DNA from: an uncultured Verrucomicrobiota bacterium
GTDB taxonomy: Bacteria > Verrucomicrobiota > Kiritimatiellia > RFP12 > UBA3636
NCBI GenBank assembly: GCA_946534105.1
Contig: CAMNCG010000003.1
Location: forward strand, 1 to 49,619
DNA length: 49,619 nt
Reading direction: 5' to 3'
Shown: one piece after another, positions 7,689 through 17,806 of the stretch
Numbering within the stretch: position 1 is the stretch's first letter
Layout: each line of letters begins with the position of its first letter
Position numbers and translations under genes: made by a program
Notes under the pieces: model-generated
Seen by the model: only the letters and a program-made list of their open reading frames with translations
Told to the model about the DNA's origin: nothing
Database searches by the model: none

Positions 7689-10322
7689 TCACTTCAGATT
7701 CCAGTGGGGATCGACCTCAAGCGATGCCATGTCTGCTTCCGCCTTTTCAACGGCCTCGGCATCGCAGGAAAACAGGGCCGCCGGAATGACGAGACGGGCA
7801 TTCTCCGCGTCGGTCGTTCCCTCGACGGCAACCAGATGCTCCGCGGACGGCGCGTTTCTTTCCACGTCGTAGAGTCCCAGCGTGTAGATTCGAGACGGAC
7901 GGGTTCCGGGAAACGCGGGATTGCGGACGACGAGCCACGCCTCGATGCGGTCCTTCTCACGGAACCAATCCGGCGCCGTCGCCTTCGGGACGAGGGCGAG
8001 CGCATAGGCGGATGAGCCCGGAACGGAGCCCTCGGGCGGAGCAATCCGTTCGTGGCGAAGATCCACAAACGCCGACCGGGTGTCGGGAACTTCCGCGCCG
8101 ATCGCCTCGGACGCCTCCTCGAGACTCTCCGCATCGCGTCCGTTCTCCGCACGGAATTCCGCCAGCTGGAGCGCAGCGTCGGAAACAGCGGGATGGGCTT
8201 CCGCAAAAAGCGACCGGACCAGACGTATGCGATTCCAATTGAATACCCAACACGGTGGTTCCAAGTTGAAATTACACGTGCGATAGAGTCCCCCCCTCAC
8301 CCACAAACCCCGTAACCAGCGAATCGGGCTTTCAAATTCATGAAAAGGAATCTGCCCATGATATCCGGAATCGAGCATGGCTGAGACCCTGACTGCCTCC
8401 CATTCTTGACTTTCCCGAATTCCAGCAGCCAGTCCTTTCCAATCGAATCCCATGGCAAAAAACATGGCCTCGCCGAAGCGGCACGGAATCCGCCCCAGAA
8501 CAGGAGAGCCGAACTCGTCCTCATCTGGAACGGAGAATAACAGCTTCAAAAACAGCAAGCCTGACAATTCTTTGTGGACCATGTGGGCAATTTCACCAGG
8601 GAGAAACTCCCGACAAATGCCAATCGCCGTGCTTTGAGCAAAGGGAAGATTCCTTTTCGTTCGAATCGAATGGCGAACAATCCGGCAATCCCGAGAAGAC
8701 AACCCTCTCCGCTCGGAAAAACGAAGGATGCTGTTGCCCTTGACATCACCGAGAATACGGGCCGCCGTGCATCCATCCAAGGTTTCATCGTTTTCAAATG
8801 CAATGGATGCACAGGTGTCGCATTGTCTCAATGCGTCGACAAAGGACTCCACCGTTCCCCCGTCCGCCTCGAACGAAAGGATGCTACTCGAATGAAGAAG
8901 GTCCCTCGTGTACATGTTGTCCGAAAAACGCCAACTGCCACCGACATATTTGCCGTTTGCCAAAAAATCCATCGCTTTGCGAACCGGGCTTTCCGCCAAT
9001 TGTCCAAGTCTTTCGTCGTATGATGCCAACCAATCGTCAACCGCGGAGCGGTCCTCGTCGGACAACGAAGTGCGCAAAACAAGGTTTGTGTGTCGCTGAT
9101 TTAACAAAGCCGTCAGGTGGTTTTTCGGTTTCGATTCCATGAAGGGATCCGGGCGGCTGGCAATCCAGACGTACCGGAGTTCAGGAGGCGGCGGATTCCC
9201 GACGCGGGCAAGGAGATTTGACCAACCTTCTTCGGAGTAGGGAAGGCATGACGAATCTCCCACGTCGAAATATATCTTCGAGGGAAGATTCCCCCTTTCG
9301 TCCTTCAGCCGATATGAAATCTTCTCTTTCGGCGCGGGACAATAGTCGAGCGGGCGGATCGGTGTCGCAGCGAGGTAGAACGACCAGAGGAACAGACCCA
9401 CGGCCATCAACGACACCGGCAAAAGGAGAATTGCCGACCATACCCGGATTCCTTTCGACGTCCCTTCTCCAAACACGCGGGGCCAAAGGAAACACGCACG
9501 CTTCGCGGCGCGGAAGAACAGCCAGAAGAAAAACAGGGTGACGAGAGCCGGAACAAAGCATTCAGGCAGAAGCGCAAGTCCCGCCAAAAACGCCGCCACA
9601 ACGACCAACACCCGCCACAACCATCGGAGAAACGCCCGGAAAACAGGATTCCGTCGCTTGCAAACGACAAATACCCACAACGGCCATCGGAGCAACGCGC
9701 GGAAAACATGCTTCAGGCGCTTGGGGGAGCGCGTAAACCAGCTACGCAACCGTCTTGCCGCATCTCCGACCGATCTGGCGCATCTCCTGGCGTTGACGGC
9801 AAAGACGACGAGCGCCACGACGGCGACAAGGACTGCGGCAAGGACCATGAAGGTCGTCCCTACGGAGAATCCGCCAATGAACCCGATCAAAAACATTTCG
9901 AGCCCGTAGAACAAAGTGATTCCCGCTCGGAATACGTTTCCAAGGGAAGTGTGGCCAGAATCGTCGAACATGATTACGCCAAACCGCCGGCATAGCGTCA
10001 GCAGACAGATCGTCAGCGCGAACTGGAGAACTACCTCCCAAATTCCGGCAATGTCGCCGGAACAGGCAAATCCGACGACGAAACCAAACGCCATATCGTG
10101 TCTGGTGAACGGCAAAGTCGCACTGGCGATGAACTTCACCGAATGGATCCAGAAAAGCAACCATGCGACAAGGCCAAGCCACAACAGCACCAACAACAGG
10201 GCGAGCGCATCAGCTACGATGTCGCCAAACGGCCCTTCAGGTGTAATGTAGAGAAAACAGTTCTCCAAAAACAACAGTCTTTCACGCAATGTTGAAAGCG
10301 GCAGACTGAGCGAATCAAACAT
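7689..10322 (-). CDS. Large membrane protein with extracytoplasmic domain, paralog family
   Basis: ATG 10322 follows GGAGG. About 8 TM segments, YLAATPIRPLD motif, C-terminal LAEFRAENGRDAESLEEA and WLVVRNPAFPGTR. Confidence 0.8.
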   Translation of the reverse strand: MFDSLSLPLSTLRERLLFLENCFLYITPEGPFGDIVADALALLLVLLWLGLVAWLLFWIHSVKFIASATLPFTRHDMAFGFVVGFACSGDIAGIWEVVLQFALTICLLTLCRRFGVIMFDDSGHTSLGNVFRAGITLFYGLEMFLIGFIGGFSVGTTFMVLAAVLVAVVALVVFAVNARRCARSVGDAARRLRSWFTRSPKRLKHVFRALLRWPLWVFVVCKRRNPVFRAFLRWLWRVLVVVAAFLAGLALLPECFVPALVTLFFFWLFFRAAKRACFLWPRVFGEGTSKGIRVWSAILLLPVSLMAVGLFLWSFYLAATPIRPLDYCPAPKEKISYRLKDERGNLPSKIYFDVGDSSCLPYSEEGWSNLLARVGNPPPPELRYVWIASRPDPFMESKPKNHLTALLNQRHTNLVLRTSLSDEDRSAVDDWLASYDERLGQLAESPVRKAMDFLANGKYVGGSWRFSDNMYTRDLLHSSSILSFEADGGTVESFVDALRQCDTCASIAFENDETLDGCTAARILGDVKGNSILRFSERRGLSSRDCRIVRHSIRTKRNLPFAQSTAIGICREFLPGEIAHMVHKELSGLLFLKLLFSVPDEDEFGSPVLGRIPCRFGEAMFFAMGFDWKGLAAGIRESQEWEAVRVSAMLDSGYHGQIPFHEFESPIRWLRGLWVRGGLYRTCNFNLEPPCWVFNWNRIRLVRSLFAEAHPAVSDAALQLAEFRAENGRDAESLEEASEAIGAEVPDTRSAFVDLRHERIAPPEGSVPGSSAYALALVPKATAPDWFREKDRIEAWLVVRNPAFPGTRPSRIYTLGLYDVERNAPSAEHLVAVEGTTDAENARLVIPAALFSCDAEAVEKAEADMASLEVDPHWNLK

Positions 10323-10407
10323 CTCCAACCTCCTTTGCAGTTTTCGCAGGAAAGATTTCCGTCATGCAGTAGCATGCGTCGGACGGAGCGGGGTTTGGTC
10401 TTGAATG

Positions 10408-12501
10408 CTACTTGAGCTTCCAACCGCCATCATCCAATTTCCGCTCCGCCGCGTCGATGGCCTTCGCGTCAGAGCCGAACAGGGCGTCAGGGACGACGAA
10501 CCGGGCTTTACCCGCGTCGGCCGTTTCCTCCACGGCGACCAGACACTCATTTTGAGGAGCGGTTTCCTCCTCGCCGAAACGCTCCAGCGTGTATATTCGA
10601 GACCGTCGGGTTCCGGGAAACGCGGGATTGCGGACGACGAGCCACGCCTCGATGCGGTCCTTCTTGCGGAACCACTCCGGCGCCGTCGCCTTCGGGACGA
10701 GGGCGAGCGCGTAGGCGGATGCGCCAGAAGTGGCACCAAACGGCATTTCAAGCCTGACGTAACGCAACTCCACGAAGTCGGAATCGACATCCTGGAAAAC
10801 TTCGCCGGTTTTTTCCGCGGCTTCAGCCAAACTCCAAGCGTCATGGCCAAACTTAACGCGAAACCGAGCCAGAAGCAGCGCGGCGTCCATCAAGGAACGA
10901 TATCCGTCTTTAAAGCGAGCAGAGATTTCAATGTGTGGATTTGCATTCCGAAAAGCCATTGGGTTTCGGGAATCCCTTGGAGACCGAATCATATATTCAC
11001 CTTCGGCATACCATGCGGCATACCATTCTCCAAACAACCATGAGTCCATCTCCGCAAGTGACTTGAATTTGTCGTGAATAACGCATTTGTCAAGACTGTT
11101 GCGAAAATGTGGTGAGTTTTGAATAAACGGCTCATCAAGTCTGATGGAGGCCTCGGCGACGGCGTATGAGATCAATTCACGACAAAAAACGTCATACCTC
11201 CTGAAACTGCAACCCAAAAGAGTCATGGCAACCCCTCCGAGCATTCGTTCAAATCTGCTGTATGGAATTGAGAATCGGATCCTGTCGAATCGTGGTCGCC
11301 CAAACAACTTCATGCAACCTGTCTCCTGCCACAGGCGGCGGCGGCGGAATCGATACCTGACAAGAAGATCGTCAGCCATTCCGAAAAGCGCCCTACGGGA
11401 GAAATCCGGTGGTGGCCTGGATTCGATTTCGTCTGTCAACAAGGCGATTCCATCTTCCCCGATTTCTTTCCGTTCCACGAAACGAAGAACTGATTCAAGC
11501 GCAAGTTTGTGAATTAAGCCGGCGACCAACGGACTGACTATGTCGCCTCGCAATTTTGTACACGCGTCTCTCAAAATGAAGGCGTTGTCAATGGCCTTCG
11601 CGAACTTCTTTGGATCGTCTGAATCAACCGAAACAGCAAAATCTAACGAAAGTTCCCGCACCGGATAGCTAAGCAAGCGATTAACAAATCCAGAAATCAA
11701 TCTATCGTCATCGGAAACGACAAACCGGTCTGTCTGCAATCCGTCAATCGCTGAAATCCGTGAGCAAAACGTGTCCCATTTCGTTTTCCATTCCAGATAC
11801 GCCAAAGACTCCATTGATTCAATGTTCTGAATATCCAAGCAATTCGTAGTCGACTCCTTGAGAAGCGACTGAAGTGCATCAAAATTCCTCAAATTCGGAA
11901 AGCTCTCCCATTCAATGGCAAGCTTGATTTTTTCAGGCGATGGATCTGGCAGGAAGTGACGAAAATCGCTGGAATCGCTGGAACTCCAATAATAGTTCAG
12001 ATCGTGACTTCCATACGGAAAACAGATTGGATCACGCATGTTTCCGCTGTCGTCGAACAGCCAATTGGCGATCAACCATCGCGGAGGCTCGGATTGGCGA
12101 ACCGGAATCAACGAAAGCAACCAGGCACCCATTACCCACACGACAAACGTGGGGCGAATCAATCCCGCAAAAATGCGTCCGCAATCGACAAACATCATTC
12201 GCTTCGGCACCGGTTTGCTGTCGAAACGGCAGCAGAAACGGCCTATGCAACGGAGCAGGAACCAGACGGCAAACGGCACCGGCAAACAAGCGAGAATGGA
12301 AAGAGATTCTTCTGCCTTCCTAATGACAATGTGCCCTGAAATCAAACTCAAAGCCAGGAACCCGATAACCATTCCGAATCCGAAAAGAACGACATGGCGG
12401 CGGAGACGGAAGCCTTCGGGGAGTTCGCGGCGGACGATCCACCCGTCCCAGGCGAGGAAATGGCGGATGCGACGGAAGAAGGACTGTCGATGTTTGTTCA
12501 T
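10408..12501 (-). CDS. Large membrane protein, paralog family
   Basis: MNKHRQSFFRRIRHFLAWDGW N-terminus resembles the 22249 gene. C-terminal block 10584-10721 is nearly identical to 7877-8014. Confidence 0.8.
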   Translation of the reverse strand: MNKHRQSFFRRIRHFLAWDGWIVRRELPEGFRLRRHVVLFGFGMVIGFLALSLISGHIVIRKAEESLSILACLPVPFAVWFLLRCIGRFCCRFDSKPVPKRMMFVDCGRIFAGLIRPTFVVWVMGAWLLSLIPVRQSEPPRWLIANWLFDDSGNMRDPICFPYGSHDLNYYWSSSDSSDFRHFLPDPSPEKIKLAIEWESFPNLRNFDALQSLLKESTTNCLDIQNIESMESLAYLEWKTKWDTFCSRISAIDGLQTDRFVVSDDDRLISGFVNRLLSYPVRELSLDFAVSVDSDDPKKFAKAIDNAFILRDACTKLRGDIVSPLVAGLIHKLALESVLRFVERKEIGEDGIALLTDEIESRPPPDFSRRALFGMADDLLVRYRFRRRRLWQETGCMKLFGRPRFDRIRFSIPYSRFERMLGGVAMTLLGCSFRRYDVFCRELISYAVAEASIRLDEPFIQNSPHFRNSLDKCVIHDKFKSLAEMDSWLFGEWYAAWYAEGEYMIRSPRDSRNPMAFRNANPHIEISARFKDGYRSLMDAALLLARFRVKFGHDAWSLAEAAEKTGEVFQDVDSDFVELRYVRLEMPFGATSGASAYALALVPKATAPEWFRKKDRIEAWLVVRNPAFPGTRRSRIYTLERFGEEETAPQNECLVAVEETADAGKARFVVPDALFGSDAKAIDAAERKLDDGGWKLK

Positions 12502-12579
12502 GTGAGATGCGAGGTTTCTGGAGGAGCGCAGATAGGAGCAAGGCGGGGGATTCTTGCACATGGCGGTTGCCAGTCCGGG

Positions 12580-13458
12580 TTATGCCTGTTTCGCTGCCCC
12601 GGCGGTTCCGCTCTTCTTCAGAAGACGGGACAGGAACGACGGCGAGAGCCGGCGGCGGGCGGAGCGGATGGCGACGGAAATCCGCGGCGGCGGGCCGCCG
12701 GGACGGGTGACAAGCCACGCGGCGAAGGCGTCCAGAACGCCGAGCGCGGTGGCGCGGGGGTCGGGATCGAGGGCGGAAAGGCTGCCGGTGCGCAGAACGC
12801 GGCGGGAGACGGGGCGGTCGAGCCTCCCTCCCACAAGGCGGCAGCAGGTCGCGAGCCGCAGCCAGAGCAGCGTGTCTTCGCCGTTCGCCCGGTCTTCGGG
12901 AAAGGCGCCGCCGATCTTGTCGAACGCGCGGCGGCGCAGGGTGATCGAGTTGAGGTCCCAAGCGTAGCGGCCAAGCGGCGACAGGTTCTCTAGGACGCGC
13001 TCCGGAGCGAGGCCCGCCGGAAAGCACCGGTAGCCCCGGCGGGATCGGACGTGGGGCAGGCGTTCGCATCCGGGCGCGACAACACGCTCCGACGCCTCGT
13101 ACACGCCGTCGGCAAGGGGGTTCGCGGCCGCGAGGCGCGCGACCTCCTCGAATCGCCCCGGCAAATAGACGTCGTCGGCGTCGAGAAAGGCGATCCATTC
13201 GCACCGCGCCGCGCCGATCCCGGCGTTGCGCGCCGCGCCGGGTCCTCGCGGCGCGCCGGTCGAAAGGCACCGGACGCGGTCGGGAAATTCCGCCGCGAGA
13301 ACGCGGGCGACCCCCGGAGAGGCGTCCGAGGAGGCGTCGTCCACCAGCAGCACCTCGGCGGCTTCCGGCTGGGAAAGAGCCGATTCCGCCGCCGCGCGCA
13401 GCGTGGCGGCGGCGTCCCGGTACGGGATCACGACCGAAACGCCGAACGCCGCGTTCAC
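12580..13458 (-). CDS. Glycosyltransferase family 2
   Basis: VSVVIPYRD, LVDDASSD, GPGAARNAG, FLDADD, GED. GTG 13458 overlaps the upstream TGA (alternative ATG 13488). Confidence 0.9.
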   Translation of the reverse strand: MNAAFGVSVVIPYRDAAATLRAAAESALSQPEAAEVLLVDDASSDASPGVARVLAAEFPDRVRCLSTGAPRGPGAARNAGIGAARCEWIAFLDADDVYLPGRFEEVARLAAANPLADGVYEASERVVAPGCERLPHVRSRRGYRCFPAGLAPERVLENLSPLGRYAWDLNSITLRRRAFDKIGGAFPEDRANGEDTLLWLRLATCCRLVGGRLDRPVSRRVLRTGSLSALDPDPRATALGVLDAFAAWLVTRPGGPPPRISVAIRSARRRLSPSFLSRLLKKSGTAGAAKQA

Positions 13459-15443
13459 GGCCGGCGCCTCCAAAGGAAATCGAGGCATCGCGCCGGATGC
13501 GCCGCGAAGAGCCGCACGGCTTCGGAAACGGCGCGAACCGGGCGACCTTCGCGAAGCAGATGCACGACGCGCATCCGGGCCGCGGCGCCCGGCGAAAAGT
13601 ATCGGACGAGGCGGGTGGCACCTTCTTCGCCGAAGAAGGCGAGATGCTTTGACGCCATGCGCGACGCGCGGATGCGGTTGAGGAAAAGGTCTCTCTCGGC
13701 TCGGCCCGTGAGTCCTTCCTCCCTCACCTCGTAGTGCAGGGGGCTGCGGTGCTGGGCCGCGCCGCAGTGGCCGGCGAGGGCGAGGCGCAGGAAGAAATCG
13801 TAGTCGCCCCAGCCGTCGTTGAACGCCGGATCGAAGCCCGCCTCTCGCGCGCAGTCGGTGCGGACGAGGCAGTTCATGTCCACGAAATTTCCGCTCCGGA
13901 AACGCCGAATGTCGAACTCCGGCACCCGCACGCGACCGCGAAAACGGCCTTCCAGCACACGGTCCGGATACACGAAGGCGACCGCGCCGTCGCGCCCGCC
14001 GCCTGCGTCCAGCGCCGCGGCAAGGCTTTTTTCGAGAAAGTCCGGCTCAATCCAGTTGTCGGAATCGAGGTTGAAAAACCACCGGCCGCGAACCTCGCGC
14101 AGGATGTCGCGCCGGAGGGAATAGACGCCCTGGTGCGGGAACCGCACGTAGCGGACGAGCGGCCCGTACCGTCTGGCGATAGAGGCCGGGGCTCCGTCCG
14201 GCGATCCGTCGTCCGCCACGAGGATTTCGAGCGGCTTCACGGTCTGCGCGAGCGCCGAATCGATCGCGCGCCGGAGATACGAGGCTTCCCCGTAGACCGG
14301 AATCACGACGCTCACGCTCTCGCCGGGAAACCGGCTTTCGGCGGAAAACAGGCGTTCCGCGTCCGCGCGCAGCGCCGAAATCGGATCGCCGGCGCGTCGC
14401 GGAGGCGACGGGACGCCGCGCCAAAGGCGCGACGCGGCGCGCGCGGCCGCGCGGAAAAGGGCGGTCGCGCGCCATGCGGACGGGAGGCGGGAACGGGACT
14501 CCGCCGCGGCGCGTCCGGTCGCCCAACGGGCGATCCGGCGCAGGGCGACACGGCAAATCTCGCTCCGTCCGAGAAGCGCGGCGAGCCGGACGCGGCTCGC
14601 CGCGAGGAGCGTCTCGGCATCCGCCAAATTGCCAATCGAATCGCGGACCGCCATCTCCGCCACCTTTTCCATGTACGCGGCGGTCTTCGCCCCGGCCCAG
14701 TCGAGGACGTCCCGCCACCGCGCCTCCTGCCCGGCGGCCATTTCGTCAAACGCGGCGTACATGGCATCGACCTCGCGCGCGGCGATGGAGGAGACTCCGC
14801 CCGTGCCGGAACGCCCGGCACGGCCGACGCGGCGCAGGTAGCACGCCTCGTCGACAGCCGCAAGCGCCTGCGCGGAAAGGAGCAGCCGCGGCGTTTCAAC
14901 GTTGTCCTCCCCGAACACCGCCGGGTAGCGGACGCCCGTTCGAAGCAGGAAATCGCGCCGCCACAGCTTGCCCCACGGAACCGGGCCGAAGGAGAGCACG
15001 GCCTCTTCCTTGCCGATCCGGCGCGCAGGACCGACGGACACGGCGGCACGGAGATGCCGGCCGGGGGCCGTCACCTCGCGGCGGCCGAAGCACAGCGCGT
15101 CCGCGCCGCTTTCCCGAAGACGCCCGACGAGTGCGCCCGCGACGCGCGGGGGAATCGCGTCGTCGGCGTCTACGAACCAGACCACTTCGCCGCGCGCCTC
15201 GGCAAATCCCCGGTTGCGGGCCGGTCCAGGCCCCGCGTTGCCCTGCGTGAACACCCTCACGACGCCAGGATTCCGGGCGGCGAAACTGGCGAGGATCGCC
15301 GGGGAGGAGTCCGTGGAGCCGTCGTCCACGGCGACGATTTCCACTGGAACGTCCTGCGCGAGAAGGGACCGGATGCAGTCGTCCAGATACGGCGCGGCGT
15401 TGAAAACCGGCACGACGAAGGAGAGTTCCGGCACGGGGATCAC
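13455..15443 (-). CDS. Glycosyltransferase with two GT2 domains
   Basis: SFVVPVFN/VDDGSTD/FVDADD, then SVVIPVYG/ADDGSPD/LDSDN. Confidence 0.9.
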   Translation of the reverse strand: MIPVPELSFVVPVFNAAPYLDDCIRSLLAQDVPVEIVAVDDGSTDSSPAILASFAARNPGVVRVFTQGNAGPGPARNRGFAEARGEVVWFVDADDAIPPRVAGALVGRLRESGADALCFGRREVTAPGRHLRAAVSVGPARRIGKEEAVLSFGPVPWGKLWRRDFLLRTGVRYPAVFGEDNVETPRLLLSAQALAAVDEACYLRRVGRAGRSGTGGVSSIAAREVDAMYAAFDEMAAGQEARWRDVLDWAGAKTAAYMEKVAEMAVRDSIGNLADAETLLAASRVRLAALLGRSEICRVALRRIARWATGRAAAESRSRLPSAWRATALFRAAARAASRLWRGVPSPPRRAGDPISALRADAERLFSAESRFPGESVSVVIPVYGEASYLRRAIDSALAQTVKPLEILVADDGSPDGAPASIARRYGPLVRYVRFPHQGVYSLRRDILREVRGRWFFNLDSDNWIEPDFLEKSLAAALDAGGGRDGAVAFVYPDRVLEGRFRGRVRVPEFDIRRFRSGNFVDMNCLVRTDCAREAGFDPAFNDGWGDYDFFLRLALAGHCGAAQHRSPLHYEVREEGLTGRAERDLFLNRIRASRMASKHLAFFGEEGATRLVRYFSPGAAARMRVVHLLREGRPVRAVSEAVRLFAAHPARCLDFLWRRRP

Positions 15444-17749
15444 GGCGCACCCCCTGCTTTCGATGCCCTTTCGCGCAGGTCCGGAAATGCGGCGAGAACC
15501 GCCGCGATCTGCGTGTCGTTGGCCACCTTGTTGACGTCGATGAGGCGACCGTCGTCCGTCCGCCCCGCCTCGCGGGCCGGGTTTGTGAAACGCAGGATCG
15601 GCATGGCCTCGGGACAGGCTCCGACGGGGGTGCCGCGCAGCGCGCCCATAGCCCAGAGCCAGATGTCGTCATTCGACGGTGCCAGCCGCAGCGCGGCCGC
15701 CTCGTCCGAAACGCGGGAATCGAGGGAACCGGGCGGATACAGCACCCCGCCGCAGCCGGTCGGAAAGAGCGTCGCCGGAGGCGCCGGCTCCGCGCCGTCC
15801 CCGAGGACGGGCCACGAAAGGTAGGGTCCGGGAAGCGACACTCTCCGGAGACGCGCGGCCCAGATGGCCCGCGGGGCGCGGGCATGCGCGGCAAGGAGCG
15901 TCTTCAACCAGTCGGGCGGATAGTAGATGTCGTCGTCGGCCGTGACAACGACAGCGTCCGGAAACGCCGCAAGCGCCGGAAGGAGCTTCTTGTAGGCGCG
16001 CGCGTTGCCGGAAACGAACCGGATTTCCAGCCCGCGGCGCCGAAGCGACAGGAGCGCTTCCGGGAGGTCTCCCTCGCGCCGCGGAAATTCGTCTTCCGAG
16101 AGCCACAGCACGAGGCGGTCCGGAAGCATGGTCTGGGAAAGCAGCGAATGCACTGCGAAGTGAACGTCGTAGACGCGACCCGGATAGGTGGTGAGGGACA
16201 CGACGACCTCGCCCGCGCCTCCGGCGGGGAGCGGGCCCTGCGAAAGACGGCTCCCCTCCGGAAGGGGGGTGGCGCCGCAAGGCGCCGCGGCGAGCGCGCG
16301 GCGCGTTCCGGGACGGTCGCGCGCGAGCTCGATTTCGCAGGCGATTTTGTCGCGGTTGATTCCGCGGAGACGCGCCTCGCGGCGGAGCGGCTCCAGATCG
16401 GAAAGGCGCTCGCGCAACCGGTCGCACTCCCGGCGCTGCGCCTCGCACTCCCGGCGCAACCCGGCGCTCTCCCGGCGCTGCCCGTCCATCGCGGCGCGGA
16501 GGCGGCGAATCTCGTCCGTCGCGCGATCGAGCGCCGACCGCTGCCCGTCCATCGCGGCGCGGAGGCGGCGAATTTCGTCGGTCGCGCGGTCGAGCTGCGC
16601 GATCCGGTCTTCGATCATGAAGGCGTGGTACGCGCCGGCGACGCGGCGCCACGCGCGCAGCGGCGGAAGGAGCGCGGATCGAAGCGAAGCGGGAAGGATG
16701 CGGCGCGGAGTCCCCCCCGCCCCGGTAGAGGCCGCGCGCCGCGCGGCCCGCAACGGCGGTCCGGAGACCGCCTCCCCTCCGGCCCCCGCCCCGGTAGAGG
16801 CCGCGCGCCGCGCGGCCTGCAACGGCGGTCCGGAGACCGCCTCCCCTCCGGCCTCCGCCCCGGTAGAGGCCGCGCGCCGCGCGGCCTGCAAATCCGAAAT
16901 CCGAATCCCGAATCCCGCCAGCCTGCCCGCGACCGCCCTCCACTCCGCCGCACCCGGCACGTCCACCGGCCCCCACGGCTTGTCCTTCGAGGAAAAGTGC
17001 CAGATCGCCGCCTTCGCGACGAGATCGTCGAAATCGCGGACCGTTTCCCCGTAGCGGCGGCGGATGTCCTCCGGCGTCCAGCGCCCTTCGGCGCGCTTGA
17101 GATTCACGAGCAGGCAGTTCCAGCGGATGGAGACGTGGCGGACGGAATCCGCGAAGACCTCGTTGAAGACGTTCTGGTCCACGAACGGCGCGGTGCCGTC
17201 GTCGAGACCGGCGCGCTTGACGGCAAAGAGCCGCCTCTCCGCGCCGGTCTCGCGCATCTTCCCCAGGTCCATGAGCATCACGCCGGAGTTGAAGTATCCG
17301 GCATGCCGCCTGGCCTGCGCGTGCTTCCAGTAAATCGTCCCGCTGTCGCGCACGGCGGCGATGGACGCCCCCTTTAGGTCCGTCTCCCAGAGAGGGGAAA
17401 GGTCGCCGCGCACGAGCACGTCGGAGTCCAGGTAGAGAATGCGTTCCAGCGCCGGGAAAAGCGACGGCAGCCGGAACTTCAGGAGCGCCACGTGGTTCGC
17501 GGAAACGGGGGCGTCCGGGTCGCCCCCGTGGAGCGCCGCAAGGCTTTCCGCCTCGGATTCGACGATTTCCACGGAAAAGCCCGGGGCCTCCAGCGCCGCG
17601 AACGCCGCCCGCGCCGCCCGCGAGAGCCCGGGCGTCACGACATGCGCGGCGACTTCCGTCCCCGCCGCCCTGCCCTCCTTCGCGGAAAGCAAGGCCACAA
17701 GCGTCGGAAGCGCGTATTGCGCGTCGCAGATGAAGACAAGGTGGATCAT
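15440..17749 (-). CDS. GT8 glycosyltransferase fused via a repeat/coiled-coil linker to a second GT-A domain
   Basis: RILYLDSDVLV, YFNSGVMLMDL, DQNVFN, HFSSKDKPW; C-terminal VSLTTYPGR, YKKL, TADDDIYY, GCGGVLYPP, NDDIW. Confidence 0.9.
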   Translation of the reverse strand: MIHLVFICDAQYALPTLVALLSAKEGRAAGTEVAAHVVTPGLSRAARAAFAALEAPGFSVEIVESEAESLAALHGGDPDAPVSANHVALLKFRLPSLFPALERILYLDSDVLVRGDLSPLWETDLKGASIAAVRDSGTIYWKHAQARRHAGYFNSGVMLMDLGKMRETGAERRLFAVKRAGLDDGTAPFVDQNVFNEVFADSVRHVSIRWNCLLVNLKRAEGRWTPEDIRRRYGETVRDFDDLVAKAAIWHFSSKDKPWGPVDVPGAAEWRAVAGRLAGFGIRISDLQAARRAASTGAEAGGEAVSGPPLQAARRAASTGAGAGGEAVSGPPLRAARRAASTGAGGTPRRILPASLRSALLPPLRAWRRVAGAYHAFMIEDRIAQLDRATDEIRRLRAAMDGQRSALDRATDEIRRLRAAMDGQRRESAGLRRECEAQRRECDRLRERLSDLEPLRREARLRGINRDKIACEIELARDRPGTRRALAAAPCGATPLPEGSRLSQGPLPAGGAGEVVVSLTTYPGRVYDVHFAVHSLLSQTMLPDRLVLWLSEDEFPRREGDLPEALLSLRRRGLEIRFVSGNARAYKKLLPALAAFPDAVVVTADDDIYYPPDWLKTLLAAHARAPRAIWAARLRRVSLPGPYLSWPVLGDGAEPAPPATLFPTGCGGVLYPPGSLDSRVSDEAAALRLAPSNDDIWLWAMGALRGTPVGACPEAMPILRFTNPAREAGRTDDGRLIDVNKVANDTQIAAVLAAFPDLRERASKAGGAP
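16477..16595. repeat. 63-bp intragenic duplication (LDRATDEIRRLRAAMDGQR x2)
   Basis: Visible in DNA and protein; predicted coiled coil. Boundaries approximate. Confidence 0.85.
16714..16891 (+). repeat. BIME-like array of GTAG-type REP hairpins, 69-bp period, inside the GT8 ORF
   Basis: GTAG at 16725, 16794 and 16863, each followed by AGGCCGCGC-GCC-GCGCGGCC(T/C), alternating with the hairpin GGCGGTC-CGGA-GACCGCC. Confidence 0.8.
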
Positions 17750-17806
17750 TCTTCGTCCATGGTGAGGATGCGGTAGAACCGGGAGGGATGCTTCGGGGCG
17801 TCGCGG
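17746..17806 (-). pseudogene. 3' relic of a third anchor gene (RDAPKHPSRFYRILTMDEE*)
   Basis: Near-identical to the C-termini of 19984-20805 and 24448-25011. Its TGA overlaps the GT8 ATG. Confidence 0.85.
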
